From IMG/VR virus record IMGVR_UViG_3300023074_000001, positions 32,001 through 96,000 of that record: a stretch of DNA of 64,000 nt. One strand, written 5' to 3'. This stretch comes from a virus. A program made the translations under genes and the position numbers. Shown piece by piece: positions 30,686 through 41,637 of this stretch. The first letter of the stretch is position 1, and each line of letters opens with the position of its first letter. The notes under the pieces are model-generated. The model saw nothing but the letters and a program-made list of their open reading frames with translations, did not search any database and was not told where the DNA came from.

Positions 30686-31090
30686 GTGACTGACTATGCT
30701 AGGCTCAGCCTTGACGCACTCAAGTTGAAGGCTGCTGATCTGAAGATCAAGGGTCGCAGCAAGATGAATAAGGCAGAGCTTATTGCAGCTATCGAGGCTA
30801 CTCAGCCTCTTAAGGCTGAGTCTGTCGTCGATGCAATTGTTGCCGGTATTCGTAACGACCGTGAGGCTCGTAGCAATAAGGGCCGATCTGCTGGTAATGC
30901 ATCGCCTAAGACCAAGAAGATGCACCCTGACACCAAGGCTGTACAGTATCGTCTGTCGCGTGGTAGTATGACTGCAAAGCTTACTCCTAAGCAGTCTAAG
31001 CGAGTTCGCAAAGCTGAAGCTAAGTTCTACAATGCTCAGCGGTACAACGTGTGTACTGGTATGGGTGCCAATAACTTCACCTACGCCTAA
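30686..31090 (+). CDS. Rho N-terminal (HeH)-like domain protein
   Basis: LSLDALKLKAADLKIKGRSKMNKAELIAAI. Confidence 0.75.
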   Translation: MTDYARLSLDALKLKAADLKIKGRSKMNKAELIAAIEATQPLKAESVVDAIVAGIRNDREARSNKGRSAGNASPKTKKMHPDTKAVQYRLSRGSMTAKLTPKQSKRVRKAEAKFYNAQRYNVCTGMGANNFTYA

Positions 31091-32066
31091 GGATTGAGTA
31101 CAATGGCTAAGGCCAGTCGGCGCAAGTTTCTTTGTCTTGATTGTGGTATTGACACAGCTCGAAACAATGAGCTGTACATGTTGATTAATCAGACATGGGC
31201 GTTGACTGGCCTTAGTAAGTTTGGTATGCTCTGCGTGCTCGACGTTGAACGTCGTATCGGCCGTAAGCTGGTAAAATCAGACTTCAACGCTAGTTACCTC
31301 AACGACTTGCGGACAGCCAGCAAGAGTGCTAGGCTGATCAGCAGAATGACAAACCAAGGAGAGTAAATCATTATGGGTGGAATGCACAGCCTCTACGATA
31401 CCCCTGAGCAGTGGATCGGCCGTCAGGTAACTTATAGCGGCGTCAACCGTCCTGAGCTTGCTGGGCGAAAGGGAAAGATCGTTAGTTTTAGCAAAAACTC
31501 CAACAACATCACCTACGGTGTAGCCTTCCCGGGGCACCCTAAGATTGAGTTTGGCTCAGAGTGGGCCTGGAAGTTGGTCCCACAGAGCGAAGCTGACCAG
31601 ACTGCGGCACTTGATGCCTTGCTCACCGATGCTGCGGGTGGTAAGCTTCAGGTAGCTAAGAAGGAAATCGAACGTCTTGAGGAACGTATTGCGGAACTTC
31701 GCATGTTCGTCAAGGTTCACGAGTCTCTGTGATTCTGCCACGATTGATGGCAGGCGTAGTATTTTTGGTGGTAGGGTGGGTTATTGCACAGTTTCCAAGT
31801 ACTTGGATTCCAATAGCTCACCTTATTCCATTTACTGCGCTAGCTATATTCGTTTACGGTGTCTACAGGGTATGGAAGGCTTAGATGTTTACCAAAGGTA
31901 GTCGAGTAATAATCTCTCGCCCGATAAAGGCATGGGGAGACTACCTTAAAGGTAAAACAGGAAAGCTAATTACCGTATCTAAGACGCAACGTCATGCTAC
32001 TATGGTGCTAGACGGTGACCCTCTCACAGAAGAGATGTGGGTTGCTATTCGAGAATTGGATTTGCT

Positions 32067-32723
32067 GTGAGTATCCTTGATTTGACAAATCTAAGTTATT
32101 CAAGGTCTGCTTATGATGTTGATCCTGCTGAGCTAATCGCTAACGCTGAGACTCAGCTCTACGGGCATAGAGTAGACTTTGATTCTATGGTTGGCGTTGG
32201 GCTTAGTGGTCTGTTAGTATTGCCCTTGCTGGCTAGACATTTCGATGTACCTTTTTTCGGCTGTCGAAAGCGTAATGAGCCTAGCCACAACAGTTTGTTG
32301 CCTCAAGGTGGAGGTAGGATTGGGCAAAAGTGGATTCTGATAGATGATGCTAAGGTGACAGGTAATACTGTCGCTAAGGTGCAGCGTACTATTTCTCTCG
32401 TAACACGTAAACACAATTTCAAGACCACCTATAAAGGTGCCTACTTTTATAACAGCTACGCTAATACTCCTGGCGCATTTCAAGGGCCTGAGGACGACGC
32501 TAAGCAATCTTCTTTGCAGCGGTATACTGATGATGCAGGCAATGTTAAATACATTCCTAGCGACATGTATTTCCGAATTAAATCTGTGTTTGATGTCTAC
32601 GCTCCTGATCGTACTTGCGTAGTAGATAAAACTATGGAACACTTCAGGCGAACAGACTACCGAGGATGGGGCCATGATCAGGTACTCAAGATCGTGGAGC
32701 ACCTAGACAGAGTTGCATCCTGA
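32067..32723 (+). CDS. phosphoribosyltransferase-fold protein
   Basis: VGVGLSG, CRK, PRPP-loop-like WILIDDAKVTGNT. Confidence 0.75.
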   Translation: MSILDLTNLSYSRSAYDVDPAELIANAETQLYGHRVDFDSMVGVGLSGLLVLPLLARHFDVPFFGCRKRNEPSHNSLLPQGGGRIGQKWILIDDAKVTGNTVAKVQRTISLVTRKHNFKTTYKGAYFYNSYANTPGAFQGPEDDAKQSSLQRYTDDAGNVKYIPSDMYFRIKSVFDVYAPDRTCVVDKTMEHFRRTDYRGWGHDQVLKIVEHLDRVAS

Positions 32724-34023
32724 CGTCGTATCGTGTAGAGTTCTTCTTACCAGCTCACCTGACAAGAAAGAGTCGCTATGTATCTTGCTATTGTTCTCAC
32801 TGCTGTTGCCTGGATTTCTTGGGTCGTGAGTATCAATTACTCAAATAAGGATTTCAACATTCGCAATCTGCGAGTCAAGTTTGTTTCTCATCTGGTGTCT
32901 ATGCTTGCTGTTGCTATTCTCGCATCTCTTTGCCTCAGTAATGCCTTGAGTGTCGATCACTCCATTTTCGTATCCTTCGCGGGGTATGTTATTGTTCTCG
33001 GGTACTTGGGTGTGCGGCTGAACGGCATTATGAATCAGTTTGATGAATTGGAAAGCAAGCCCATCATTTAATCAGTAAGGATGTCTATTATGGCAGAAAA
33101 GAAGCCTAAGGCTGGTTTTTGGCCGATCGAGGATCGTGCTAAGGCAATGGAAAAAGAAGCCAAAGTTGGAAAGGTCAAGAAAACAATTCTTGACTACCGT
33201 AAGCGCATTAAGAGTTGATTTAGCCAGGCATTAGGATTGTCTCCTAATGCCTGGCTACTTTCGTTGTTGCGCTACCTTGACAGCTGTGCTAGGCTCTAGC
33301 CATACCAACTGAGAGAGGTAACCATGGGCGACAACACAATCGATCCTGCCGACATTCCTACCATCCGGCACATGCTGGAAGACTACGGCGTGGATGACTA
33401 CCTGACTCCGGCGAACTTTGAGAATCTGGTAGCCTCACTGGAGGAGCGAGAGAGCATCATGATCAAGGAACTTGGTCCTGAAGTCTACCGGCTAGGACTT
33501 GACAGGATCATCTCAGAGCACTAAGCTACATGAATAAGGCAAGCACAGAAACTAAGAAGCTTGCACAGGATAGAGCTAATTGATATATTTCTGATTTAGA
33601 CATAGTTCACCTCCCACTCATATCTTACTGTCTTGCTACATTATATTAGGTGTGCAGCAATACTCTATTTATACTCTACTGTGCAAACTTTTATGAACGG
33701 AAAACTCTCTTGAAGATTCTAAGATTTATCCTCAAACATTGTGACATTTGTGGTAATGTATTCAAGGCCGGTAAGTGCATCAATAAGCTCTGTCCTAACA
33801 GTTAGGATGTTACTGTGGTTACCTTGACAGTAGTTCTCTCCAACCGTAAGCTGCGAGAGTCTTTTGAAGTCAGCGCCGAAACTGCCCGGGAAGCTAGAAA
33901 CCTGGCTTTCTGTATCGCCGGGCGAGATTTTGCTGATCTGACTGTTGTCAAACTTCAGCGTAAGCGCTAGGATTTTGTCATAACTAATTTTTGGGAAATC
34001 AGCAACCGATAGAGGGAGTCGCT

Positions 34024-34269
34024 ATGAGCCAGGGTGTTCGTCCGCTGAGTGTTATTGCTCTTGATATTCAGAGCACGTGGGGGACCAAGGTCAACTTTGC
34101 TGCCAAACCTTATCTTGCAGCTATGCTCACGCTTGACAAGATTACTGACACCTACTACGCTGACAGCGCACGTAGCGTTGTTCGCTACTTTCTCAGCAAT
34201 GCGAACTATTGGCGAGGCGACGACGCGAAACGTATTAAGGCTGAGCTGAAAGCTTTGCTTGCCAACTAG
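34024..34269 (+). CDS. conserved hypothetical phage protein
   Basis: AKPYL.AM..L, YFLSNA..WRG..A..IK.EL. Confidence 0.75.
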   Translation: MSQGVRPLSVIALDIQSTWGTKVNFAAKPYLAAMLTLDKITDTYYADSARSVVRYFLSNANYWRGDDAKRIKAELKALLAN

Positions 34270-35360
34270 AACTTGATCTGCTAGGCTCCATCTAACTTAG
34301 AGAAAAGAGATTATCGATGCGACTTATTACTTGGTCAACTAACCTCGCTGGTGAGCCAGTAAACCTCATGGACAACACAGAAGTTGAGGTCTCCTCGTTC
34401 GCCGAGGCTACTGCTGTCCTCGCCAGTAATCTTGCTGAGACTGCATCCGATGATTTCCTTCACGATGCCTTGAAGCAATGGTTTGATTCTGGTAAGATCG
34501 AAAAGCTGCCGGAGGGCGGCGAGGTTTTCTGGAATGTCGAGCTTGACGCGACGGAAGACAAAGGCTAAGCTTTACCTATAAAAGCAATAAGCCGGGGCGA
34601 CGGTTAAAGTAGTACTCGAATTCTTTAAGATCCTGTCGCTAAAGGATCGGGCAGAAATAGTAGTACTCGAATACTGCTCTCATAACAGACCATTTAATTT
34701 CTCTTGAGAGGTAACGCCTTGCGTAATAAGAAGTCTGTTGGAGCGCTCGCCGCTATTGCAGGCATGAGTATTGTTCTGCTGCTGTCGGGTTGCGGAAGCA
34801 CACGACAGATTGATCCTGCGGACACTAAGTCCTGGCAGATTACGGGTACCTCATGGTATGCTTTCTGCGATGGGCGAAACGCCTTTATTTGGGTGCCTAG
34901 CCGTACAGACAGCGACCCTGATGAGCTTGAGGCCGTGGTTTACGATCACTGGCGCTGCATTAAGACTGTTGACATCAACCCGGGCTCAAGCCCTAGTGTT
35001 GCACCGAGCAGCAAGCCAGATGCTGATCCTGATGGAATCATCGACGACAACGACGATTGACAGCAGTAAGCGTTTAAGGTAAGTTAACCGCAACAACCTA
35101 AATCAAGGAGAACAAAACAATGGCACGAAAGAAGCCTGTTACCCGTACCCGTCAGGTTAAGAAGACCCGTCGCAACTCTGCTGGTGAGACTGAGGTTTAT
35201 TACGACACCGAAAGTTTTACTGAGTATGTGACCGACACGTCGTCTGGCTATGACTCCGGCAGCTCTAGTGGAAGTTCTGATTACGGATCTTCCGGCGGAT
35301 ACAGCGGAGAGTAAGTGATAAACGTTCTGCCAGGGTCTTAACACCTTGCGTAGACTGACT

Positions 35361-35426
35361 GAGCTAATAGGTAGCGCCAATTCGTTAAGGGATTGGTTAT
35401 CAGGTTCGAACCCTGACAGTTAGCTT
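35361..35426 (+). ncRNA. D-armless tRNA-like element
   Basis: AGCTAA/TTAGCT stem, CCAATTC/GGATTGG stem, TCAGG TTCGAAC CCTGA. Confidence 0.45.
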
Positions 35427-35427
35427 A

Positions 35428-35511
35428 TCCCATTGATGTATAAGCATCCCTTAAGGGTGAAAGCATATTCTGATCTATAATCAGGATTGAGCGGAATTAA
35501 CCGCATGGGGC
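35428..35511 (+). tRNA. degenerate tRNA-Ile(TAT)-like with expanded D loop
   Basis: TCCCAT/ATGGGG; ATGT..GCAT D stem around extra hairpin; loop TC-TAT-AA. Confidence 0.4.
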
Positions 35512-35575
35512 AAACTCGCCAGTTAGTCTAACAGAGTACCTTCCGGAGGGTACGTAATTCTGCTAGACTCTGTGC

Positions 35576-35651
35576 GCGGCCCTTAGCATGAAGGACAAAT
35601 GCACTCTGACGGTAAATCAGAGAGATACAGGTTCAAATCCTGTAGGGCCGC
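35576..35651 (+). tRNA. atypical tRNA (loop CG-GTA-AA; identity uncertain)
   Basis: GCGGCCCT/AGGGCCGC; CTCTGA/TCAGAG; ACAGG TTCAAAT CCTGT. Confidence 0.65.
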
Positions 35652-36976
35652 TTTTATGGTAAAATAAGGAAGGCTACTATGGGTCAACGTAGAGGCGGAA
35701 GCAACAATCAGACAGGTTCAGCAGTAGGGCAACAAAAGGGCAGTAAACTTGACAGAACTTGCCCCGTCTGTAATGCTAGACCTAATCAACGTTGCTTCAA
35801 GACAGGATCTAACAACTACGGTGAGACAATGAGTCACCAACACCCGCAAAGGTAGGTTAGAATATGCCAGGTAGGCACAGAGAGAAATATCAAAAAGAGC
35901 ACCCTACTCCTGTTGCAGAACCTAGGGGTAAGAAGTACGGTACTAGGAAGGAAAAGCCAACCCCACCATCACCCCTTACTGATCGTGAAGGCGAATACGA
36001 TAAGTAAGGCAGTTGACAGCGTTCGGTAGGCAGTATAGGGTCTAGTTATTAAGTCAAGCGCTGGTAACTAGACCCTATAATTTTAGGAGAGTTGCACATG
36101 TTCCGTATCGGTGATAGAGTCAAGCTCGTTAACGACTTCAACAATGAGCCCGGCATCATTCCTGCTGGCACGATGGGGGTTGTTCGCTCGTTCTCTACTG
36201 AGTATGTTGTTACTGAGTTTGATGATGTGAGCGATCTTGAGCCACACGCTCAGATCAATAACGCTGAAGGCGGATTGTTTATGTTTGCTCACGAAATTGA
36301 AAAGGTCTGAGAAAGGTAACACTATGTTCTGCTTGGATATTTGGTTTGTCAGTCGCCCTACGCCTTTGCAAATAGTCTTTAGCGATGCAGAGACCCGCGA
36401 TAGTGCATTCAACGTACTTAGCGAGTTAATGCAAGATCCTAAGGCTGTATGGCAGAATCATAGCCATACGATCCGCCTGAGTGCTGTATCGAATGTGGTT
36501 AGAGGCTTGACACCCTGATTTTCCTCTGATAGTGTTTCTCTCATCAGCAGGTCAGCACACAAGGAGATAATCGTTATGGCTAGTCATGGTGCCGCATACG
36601 ATCAGACCATTCTCGACTTGGAAAACTGCACTCCTTTCCAGCGACGTGGTTATGGTCTTTCTCTTGTAACCGGTAAGTGGAGTGGGTCGGGTAGGTTGCA
36701 GGGTGATGCTCTGAAGGAATACTACGGAGCTGAGGATATCGCCTATACTGCTCTTAGCTATGGCACTCCGATTGCGTGGGTTTTGCAGGACGGAAACGTG
36801 ATTGTACCTGAGGATACCTACAGCACAACGACCAGCCAGCATCAAAGGATGTGCCGAGAACACCTCAATGTGTTTGGTCGTCCTGTGAAGTAATTAACAC
36901 CCCTGAGAACTTGACACTGAGTTCTCAGGGGTGTTAGTGTTTACCCATCAGCAAGACAACGAGCTAGGGAGTCACT

Positions 36977-37720
36977 ATGGAAACCACCAACGAGCTGTCT
37001 CGCTTCGACCAGCTGGTCGGTAACGGACATGAAATTGTCGCTACGGCTATGGTTGAGTACGGTGTTGACATTCTCGCTGTTGTCGATGAAATCGATGCTA
37101 AGATCTCTCACAACGTGATCGGGTTCAACAACCCTGATGCTCTCTGGTATCTTCACGCAAATGCATTCGCTCACCAACTGGCGAATAAGTACGACACCAC
37201 CTTTACGATTGCCGCTGGCATTATCTCTGCGGTTTCTCCGCGTATGCCCTGGCTGCGCAATAAGCGAGTCGCTGAATCTATTCTGAAAAACTTCCGTAAG
37301 TACGATAGCCTTTCCGCTCTTGATGCCGCTAAGGCTATTAAGTTGGGTATGGGTGCTAACGTTGCTATGGCTATCAAGATTGCCCGGGGCGAAAGCATTT
37401 CTGATACCCTTACCGGAACTAAGCGCCGAAGCTTTTACAACAACATCGTTGAGCCGTTGACCGGTATTGACTCGGTTACCGTCGATACTTGGATGCTTAA
37501 CGCCTTTGTCAATGCATGTGGTATCACCAAAAAGGATGCCGAAAAGTTCGTGCGAGCCAACTACCGAGCGCTTGGTGGCACGGGTGCTGGCTACTACGTG
37601 ATGGCTGAAGCTGTCAGAATGGTTGCTCAGGCTCACGATGTACCCGCCAACTTTGTTCAGGCTGCCTATTGGTGCGCGGTTAGTGGATCGGCTGATGGCG
37701 GCCGGTCGGACATCAGCTGA
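36977..37720 (+). CDS. conserved phage protein, remote DNA glycosylase-like family
   Basis: WY, SAVSPR..W..N, K..SFYNNI, VTVDTW, QAAYW. Confidence 0.6.
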   Translation: METTNELSRFDQLVGNGHEIVATAMVEYGVDILAVVDEIDAKISHNVIGFNNPDALWYLHANAFAHQLANKYDTTFTIAAGIISAVSPRMPWLRNKRVAESILKNFRKYDSLSALDAAKAIKLGMGANVAMAIKIARGESISDTLTGTKRRSFYNNIVEPLTGIDSVTVDTWMLNAFVNACGITKKDAEKFVRANYRALGGTGAGYYVMAEAVRMVAQAHDVPANFVQAAYWCAVSGSADGGRSDIS

Positions 37721-38612
37721 AATTAGTTGTTGACAGTGCTTGGTTGCCCTGGTAGTGTTCTTCACATCAGGGCAACCAAGCACTTAGCGAGAGGCAAGAA
37801 AATGAAGAAAGCTACTCTTACGGTTTCCCTCTCCACCAATCCCGCTACCGCCCACATCGGCCCGTATTTCGCTGACTTGCGAGTCGGTAAGCGACAGAAT
37901 ACTAAGGTGGGTAGTGTTGCCGAAGTTCGCGATTACATCAAAAAGGCAAAGATGTCTGCGGAAGCTTTTGGTATTGAACTTGACATCACGGATGAGACCC
38001 TGAACAATGAGTTCACCGCTAAGGGCGGCATTCCTGACTGAAAGATCTTTATCGAGTAGGGGTTGACAACTGATTCCTACTTCGGTAATGTTCGTTTAGT
38101 CAAAACAGCACAACATGAAAGGCACCACATCATGTCGGTTATCCTGAAGGCTCACTGCAATTCCGCTCTTGCTTTCGGCGAGGTTGTGGATATGCCGTCC
38201 CCAAACACCTATCGCGTTGAGCTAAGTGATGGTAAGGTTGTGGTGGTACATGATTCTCTGATCAAAAAGTTCTACATGTGAGCTAGCTCACCTTGACAGG
38301 ATGCCAGTCAGCTACTAGAGTTTGTTTCATCACCAACCGAGAGGGTAAGAAAATGAAGCTCACCTTTGACACTGAGGCTCAGGACATCGTGCCCGGTCAG
38401 GTCTACACTGACGGTAAGATCGTTTTTACTGCTCACCGCGTCGCCCCGATCACTCTGACTGCTATGGTGGTGGTTACCCGTACCGGTCGGCGCATCCTGA
38501 CCTCCAACACCACTAAGGTTGCCCCGATCAATAAGTGACACAGCTCACAGTTTCTTAGCTTGTGCTTTGGGGCCAACTCGACTAGGGTTGGTCTCATTGC
38601 AAGACCTAAGAG

Positions 38613-39198
38613 ATTCTGAGAGAAAGAGAATCCATCATGAGTATTGTTGGTCTCGCTCCGCACGGGGGTTGCAACTATGAAGGATGTAAGATATGCTTCC
38701 CTCACTTGCAGGGTAAGCTGCCCGTAACAGATAGAGATTATTACGACCGGGCTATGGAAATCCTTGCTGGTGCCAGACCACGTGATACTGAGTACATCGA
38801 TGCTCTTGCGGTTGCTCGACACTGTGCTAAGCTCTTGCGTAACCGCTGATTCTGAGAGAAAGAGAAATCGCTATGGCTATCGTTATCAATCCTCACGCCG
38901 CTAAGTTTGTTGCCGGGCTCAACGCTAAGTGGCCTGCTTACGGCACCTTTACCGTCAACCCTGGTAAGAAGTATGATAAAATCGTTGTAGCGACTAAGCC
39001 TGATGATTCTGTCAGGGTCTATGCTTTCGTTGACCAGGATGGTAACGTCTACAAGGCAAACGGTTGGGCTGCACCCGCTAAGGGTGTTCGGTATGCTAGT
39101 GTGGAAGCTGCACTCCAACACGCGGACAGGTTCGGAGCATTTCTCTACACTGAGTATGTCAAAAAGATTTCTCAGCAGTAATTCTGAGAGAAAGAGAA
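38613..39198 (+). repeat. three copies of ATTCTGAGAGAAAGAGAA before start codons
   Basis: 38613, 38849, 39181; 6 nt upstream of ATG each time. Confidence 0.88.
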
Positions 39199-39629
39199 AC
39201 CATCATGGCAGTCGGTACGCTTGTGTGCTATAAGACTTACCCTGGCGAGGCAGTTGATCTTTCTATCGGTATCATCAGGGATGTGCTTGACGAAACGTTT
39301 CTGGTAGAGTGGGATGACGGTTACATAACTTGGTATGGTGCAGTCGCGCTGATCAAGGTCTAAGAAAGTTCTTGACAGTTTCCTCCTCACAGACTAAGGT
39401 TGTTCACATGACCAACGAAATGCTCATTCAGAACATGCTCACTGAGGTCCGTGACTTCAACGTTTCGATGATGGCTAAGGCACATGAGCTTTACCGGTCG
39501 ATCGATGACCAGGACAGCGAAGAGTGGCAGACTGCATACCAGATCTTCCTTGACAGTAGGAAGGCAGCAGAGGAAGCTGAACGCGCACTGATGTACGGTA
39601 TGCCTGGGGTCGAGTGATAGTGTAGGATC

Positions 39630-39720
39630 ACCCTTATAGCTCACTGGGAGAGCACACAGCCCCGGCTAACAACCGGATTCTGGCTAGTGGTTAGGGCAGG
39701 TTCAAATCCTGCTAGGGGTA
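39630..39720 (+). tRNA. tRNA-like RNA with elongated anticodon arm, loop CT-AAC-AA
   Basis: Normal acceptor, D and T arms; CAC-AGCC-CCGG/CCGG-attct-GGCT-a-GTG arm. Confidence 0.7.
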
Positions 39721-39865
39721 CTTTTTAGACGTACAGTCTGCTATAGTCGCGGGTAGCCTTGTAATGACTGTGCCAGGGTGTTGACCAACCTAGGATAAGG
39801 TTGATGCCTTGAAATTGCCGCGGCCTAAACTTGCAAAATCAGTTTTCACCTGTTAGGGTTACGTA

Positions 39866-39949
39866 GCAAGGCGAGGGATAACCGAAATGTAAGGTTGGTT
39901 ATCTTAAACAACAGCTTAGGCTCTCAACCTAGACCGTGCCTCGCCTTGC
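39866..39949 (+). ncRNA. small structured RNA with own promoter
   Basis: GCAAGGCGAGG/CCTCGCCTTGC closing stem after TTGCAA-17-TAGGGT. Confidence 0.55.
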
Positions 39950-40010
39950 AAGATCAGCTTTCACCTGGTAGTGTTCTCCACATCAGCAACGACAAGCGGA
40001 AGGCAACACC

Positions 40011-40412
40011 ATGAAGACTTACGCGGACTATCTCAACACCCTGACGGTCAAGGCTCTGCGCGAGATTGTTTCCCAGTTTGGCTACAAGGGTACCTCTAAG
40101 TTCCTTAAGGCTAAGTTGGTTGAGATTGTTGACATGGAGGCCGGGGTCGCCTACGATGACGCGGTGAGTGAGAACCGTAAGCGCGTCGTGACCAAGATCG
40201 CTGCCGGTGCTTCGCTCAAGCTGGGAGGATTCGACTCCAGCGCATTCACCAATCACGTGCTGCCTATCGAGCGTGTGGAGCGTAAGGTGAACAACTACAT
40301 GCGTCAGAACAACAGCGATAAGCTTACTCCGGCTCAGTGGCGGCGTACCCGCAAGGCGATGCGTAAGGCTGGCATCAAGACCCTCAGTGAGTTGACTCTC
40401 ACCTTCCCCTGA
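40011..40412 (+). CDS. Rho N-terminal (HeH)-like protein, paralog of 30686
   Basis: LTVKALREIVSQFGYKGTSKFLKAKLV; C-terminal KLTPAQWRRTRKA. Confidence 0.7.
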   Translation: MKTYADYLNTLTVKALREIVSQFGYKGTSKFLKAKLVEIVDMEAGVAYDDAVSENRKRVVTKIAAGASLKLGGFDSSAFTNHVLPIERVERKVNNYMRQNNSDKLTPAQWRRTRKAMRKAGIKTLSELTLTFP

Positions 40413-40728
40413 TCTATCTTGACAGAATAGGAAACTGACGTGAAAATCACTCAGATGCTCTTTCCTGTCCCCACTCCTGCCCTCTACGTCGGTAGTATGG
40501 AAGAGTGGCATGGGGATGTTACGGTGACCGGCCCCTATCCTCACTTTGGCGGAGATCGCTGGCGAGTAGAGCTTCCTTGCGGTGAGGTGCTATGGTGTCC
40601 AAACCGTAGTTCGTTCGTCACCAACGATTGAGCTATCCTGTGACCTAGACCACACACCCTCATTTGCCTCACGGTAAAGGTGTGTGGTAGTGTTCTCCCA
40701 TCAAGTCAGAACGAGTTAGGGAGTCACC

Positions 40729-41637
40729 ATGACGGATACGCGAGCACACACCTTTGACTGCGACTGCACCAGCTGCAACGCTCAGGATGCCGCTACTCCG
40801 GTTGGTATGGATCTCTTCCGCAAGCCGACTGCCATCCGTAATATCACTCCGGTAACGACTCAGACGACCGGGCCGGTTCGTCACCTGAAAGCTGGTCAGC
40901 GAGTCGGTAACGGTCGGGTTCGCAAGATCAGCGACAAACAGGAGTGGTACATCAATAAGCTGATCAATGAGCGTGACCTGACTGACCTCAAGATCCTTTC
41001 GAATCAGACCATAGACCCGGATGAGATTCCCTACATGGGGTTGCCTGCCGCTAAGGCTCTCATCGAGAAGTTGCTCGGAATGCCCTTCAAGGGAACTGAT
41101 TCCCCCGTTCCCGCTAAGCAGGCTATTCCGGGTTCCCCCAAACAGCAGAAACTCATTTCCGATCTCGCAACCGAGCGTAATCTGTCAGAATCAGATCTCG
41201 CGGCAATGGTCAAGATCTTCCCTAACGCAAGCAACCTGATTACGGCGCTGTTCAAGCTGCCTAAGCCCAACAAAGCTGATATGCTCAAAGAGGAAATCGC
41301 TAAGGCTACCGACAACGACGAATACATTCCGACCAAAATCATTCCTGGTTTCTACAAGGACAACAACAACGATGTGTGGAAAGTACAATTCAATAAGGCA
41401 CAGACGGGAATGTACGCTCTGCTGCGCATTACCCCTAAGAAGTACGAATACACACCGGGTGCTATCAACAGCATCACTCCTGAGATGTTCGTCAGTCTCA
41501 ATCCTCTCGATATCACGCTGGAGGAAGCTAAGGCATACGGTCGTAAGACTGGCTCCTGTTACATGTGTGGTCGGGAGCTGACCAAGCAGGAAAGCATTGA
41601 TGCTGGTATCGGACCTATCTGTGCCGGTAAGTTCTGA
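40729..41637 (+). CDS. DUF6011-type zinc-finger protein
   Basis: YGRKTGSCYMCGRELTKQESIDAGIGPICAGK. Confidence 0.8.
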   Translation: MTDTRAHTFDCDCTSCNAQDAATPVGMDLFRKPTAIRNITPVTTQTTGPVRHLKAGQRVGNGRVRKISDKQEWYINKLINERDLTDLKILSNQTIDPDEIPYMGLPAAKALIEKLLGMPFKGTDSPVPAKQAIPGSPKQQKLISDLATERNLSESDLAAMVKIFPNASNLITALFKLPKPNKADMLKEEIAKATDNDEYIPTKIIPGFYKDNNNDVWKVQFNKAQTGMYALLRITPKKYEYTPGAINSITPEMFVSLNPLDITLEEAKAYGRKTGSCYMCGRELTKQESIDAGIGPICAGKF

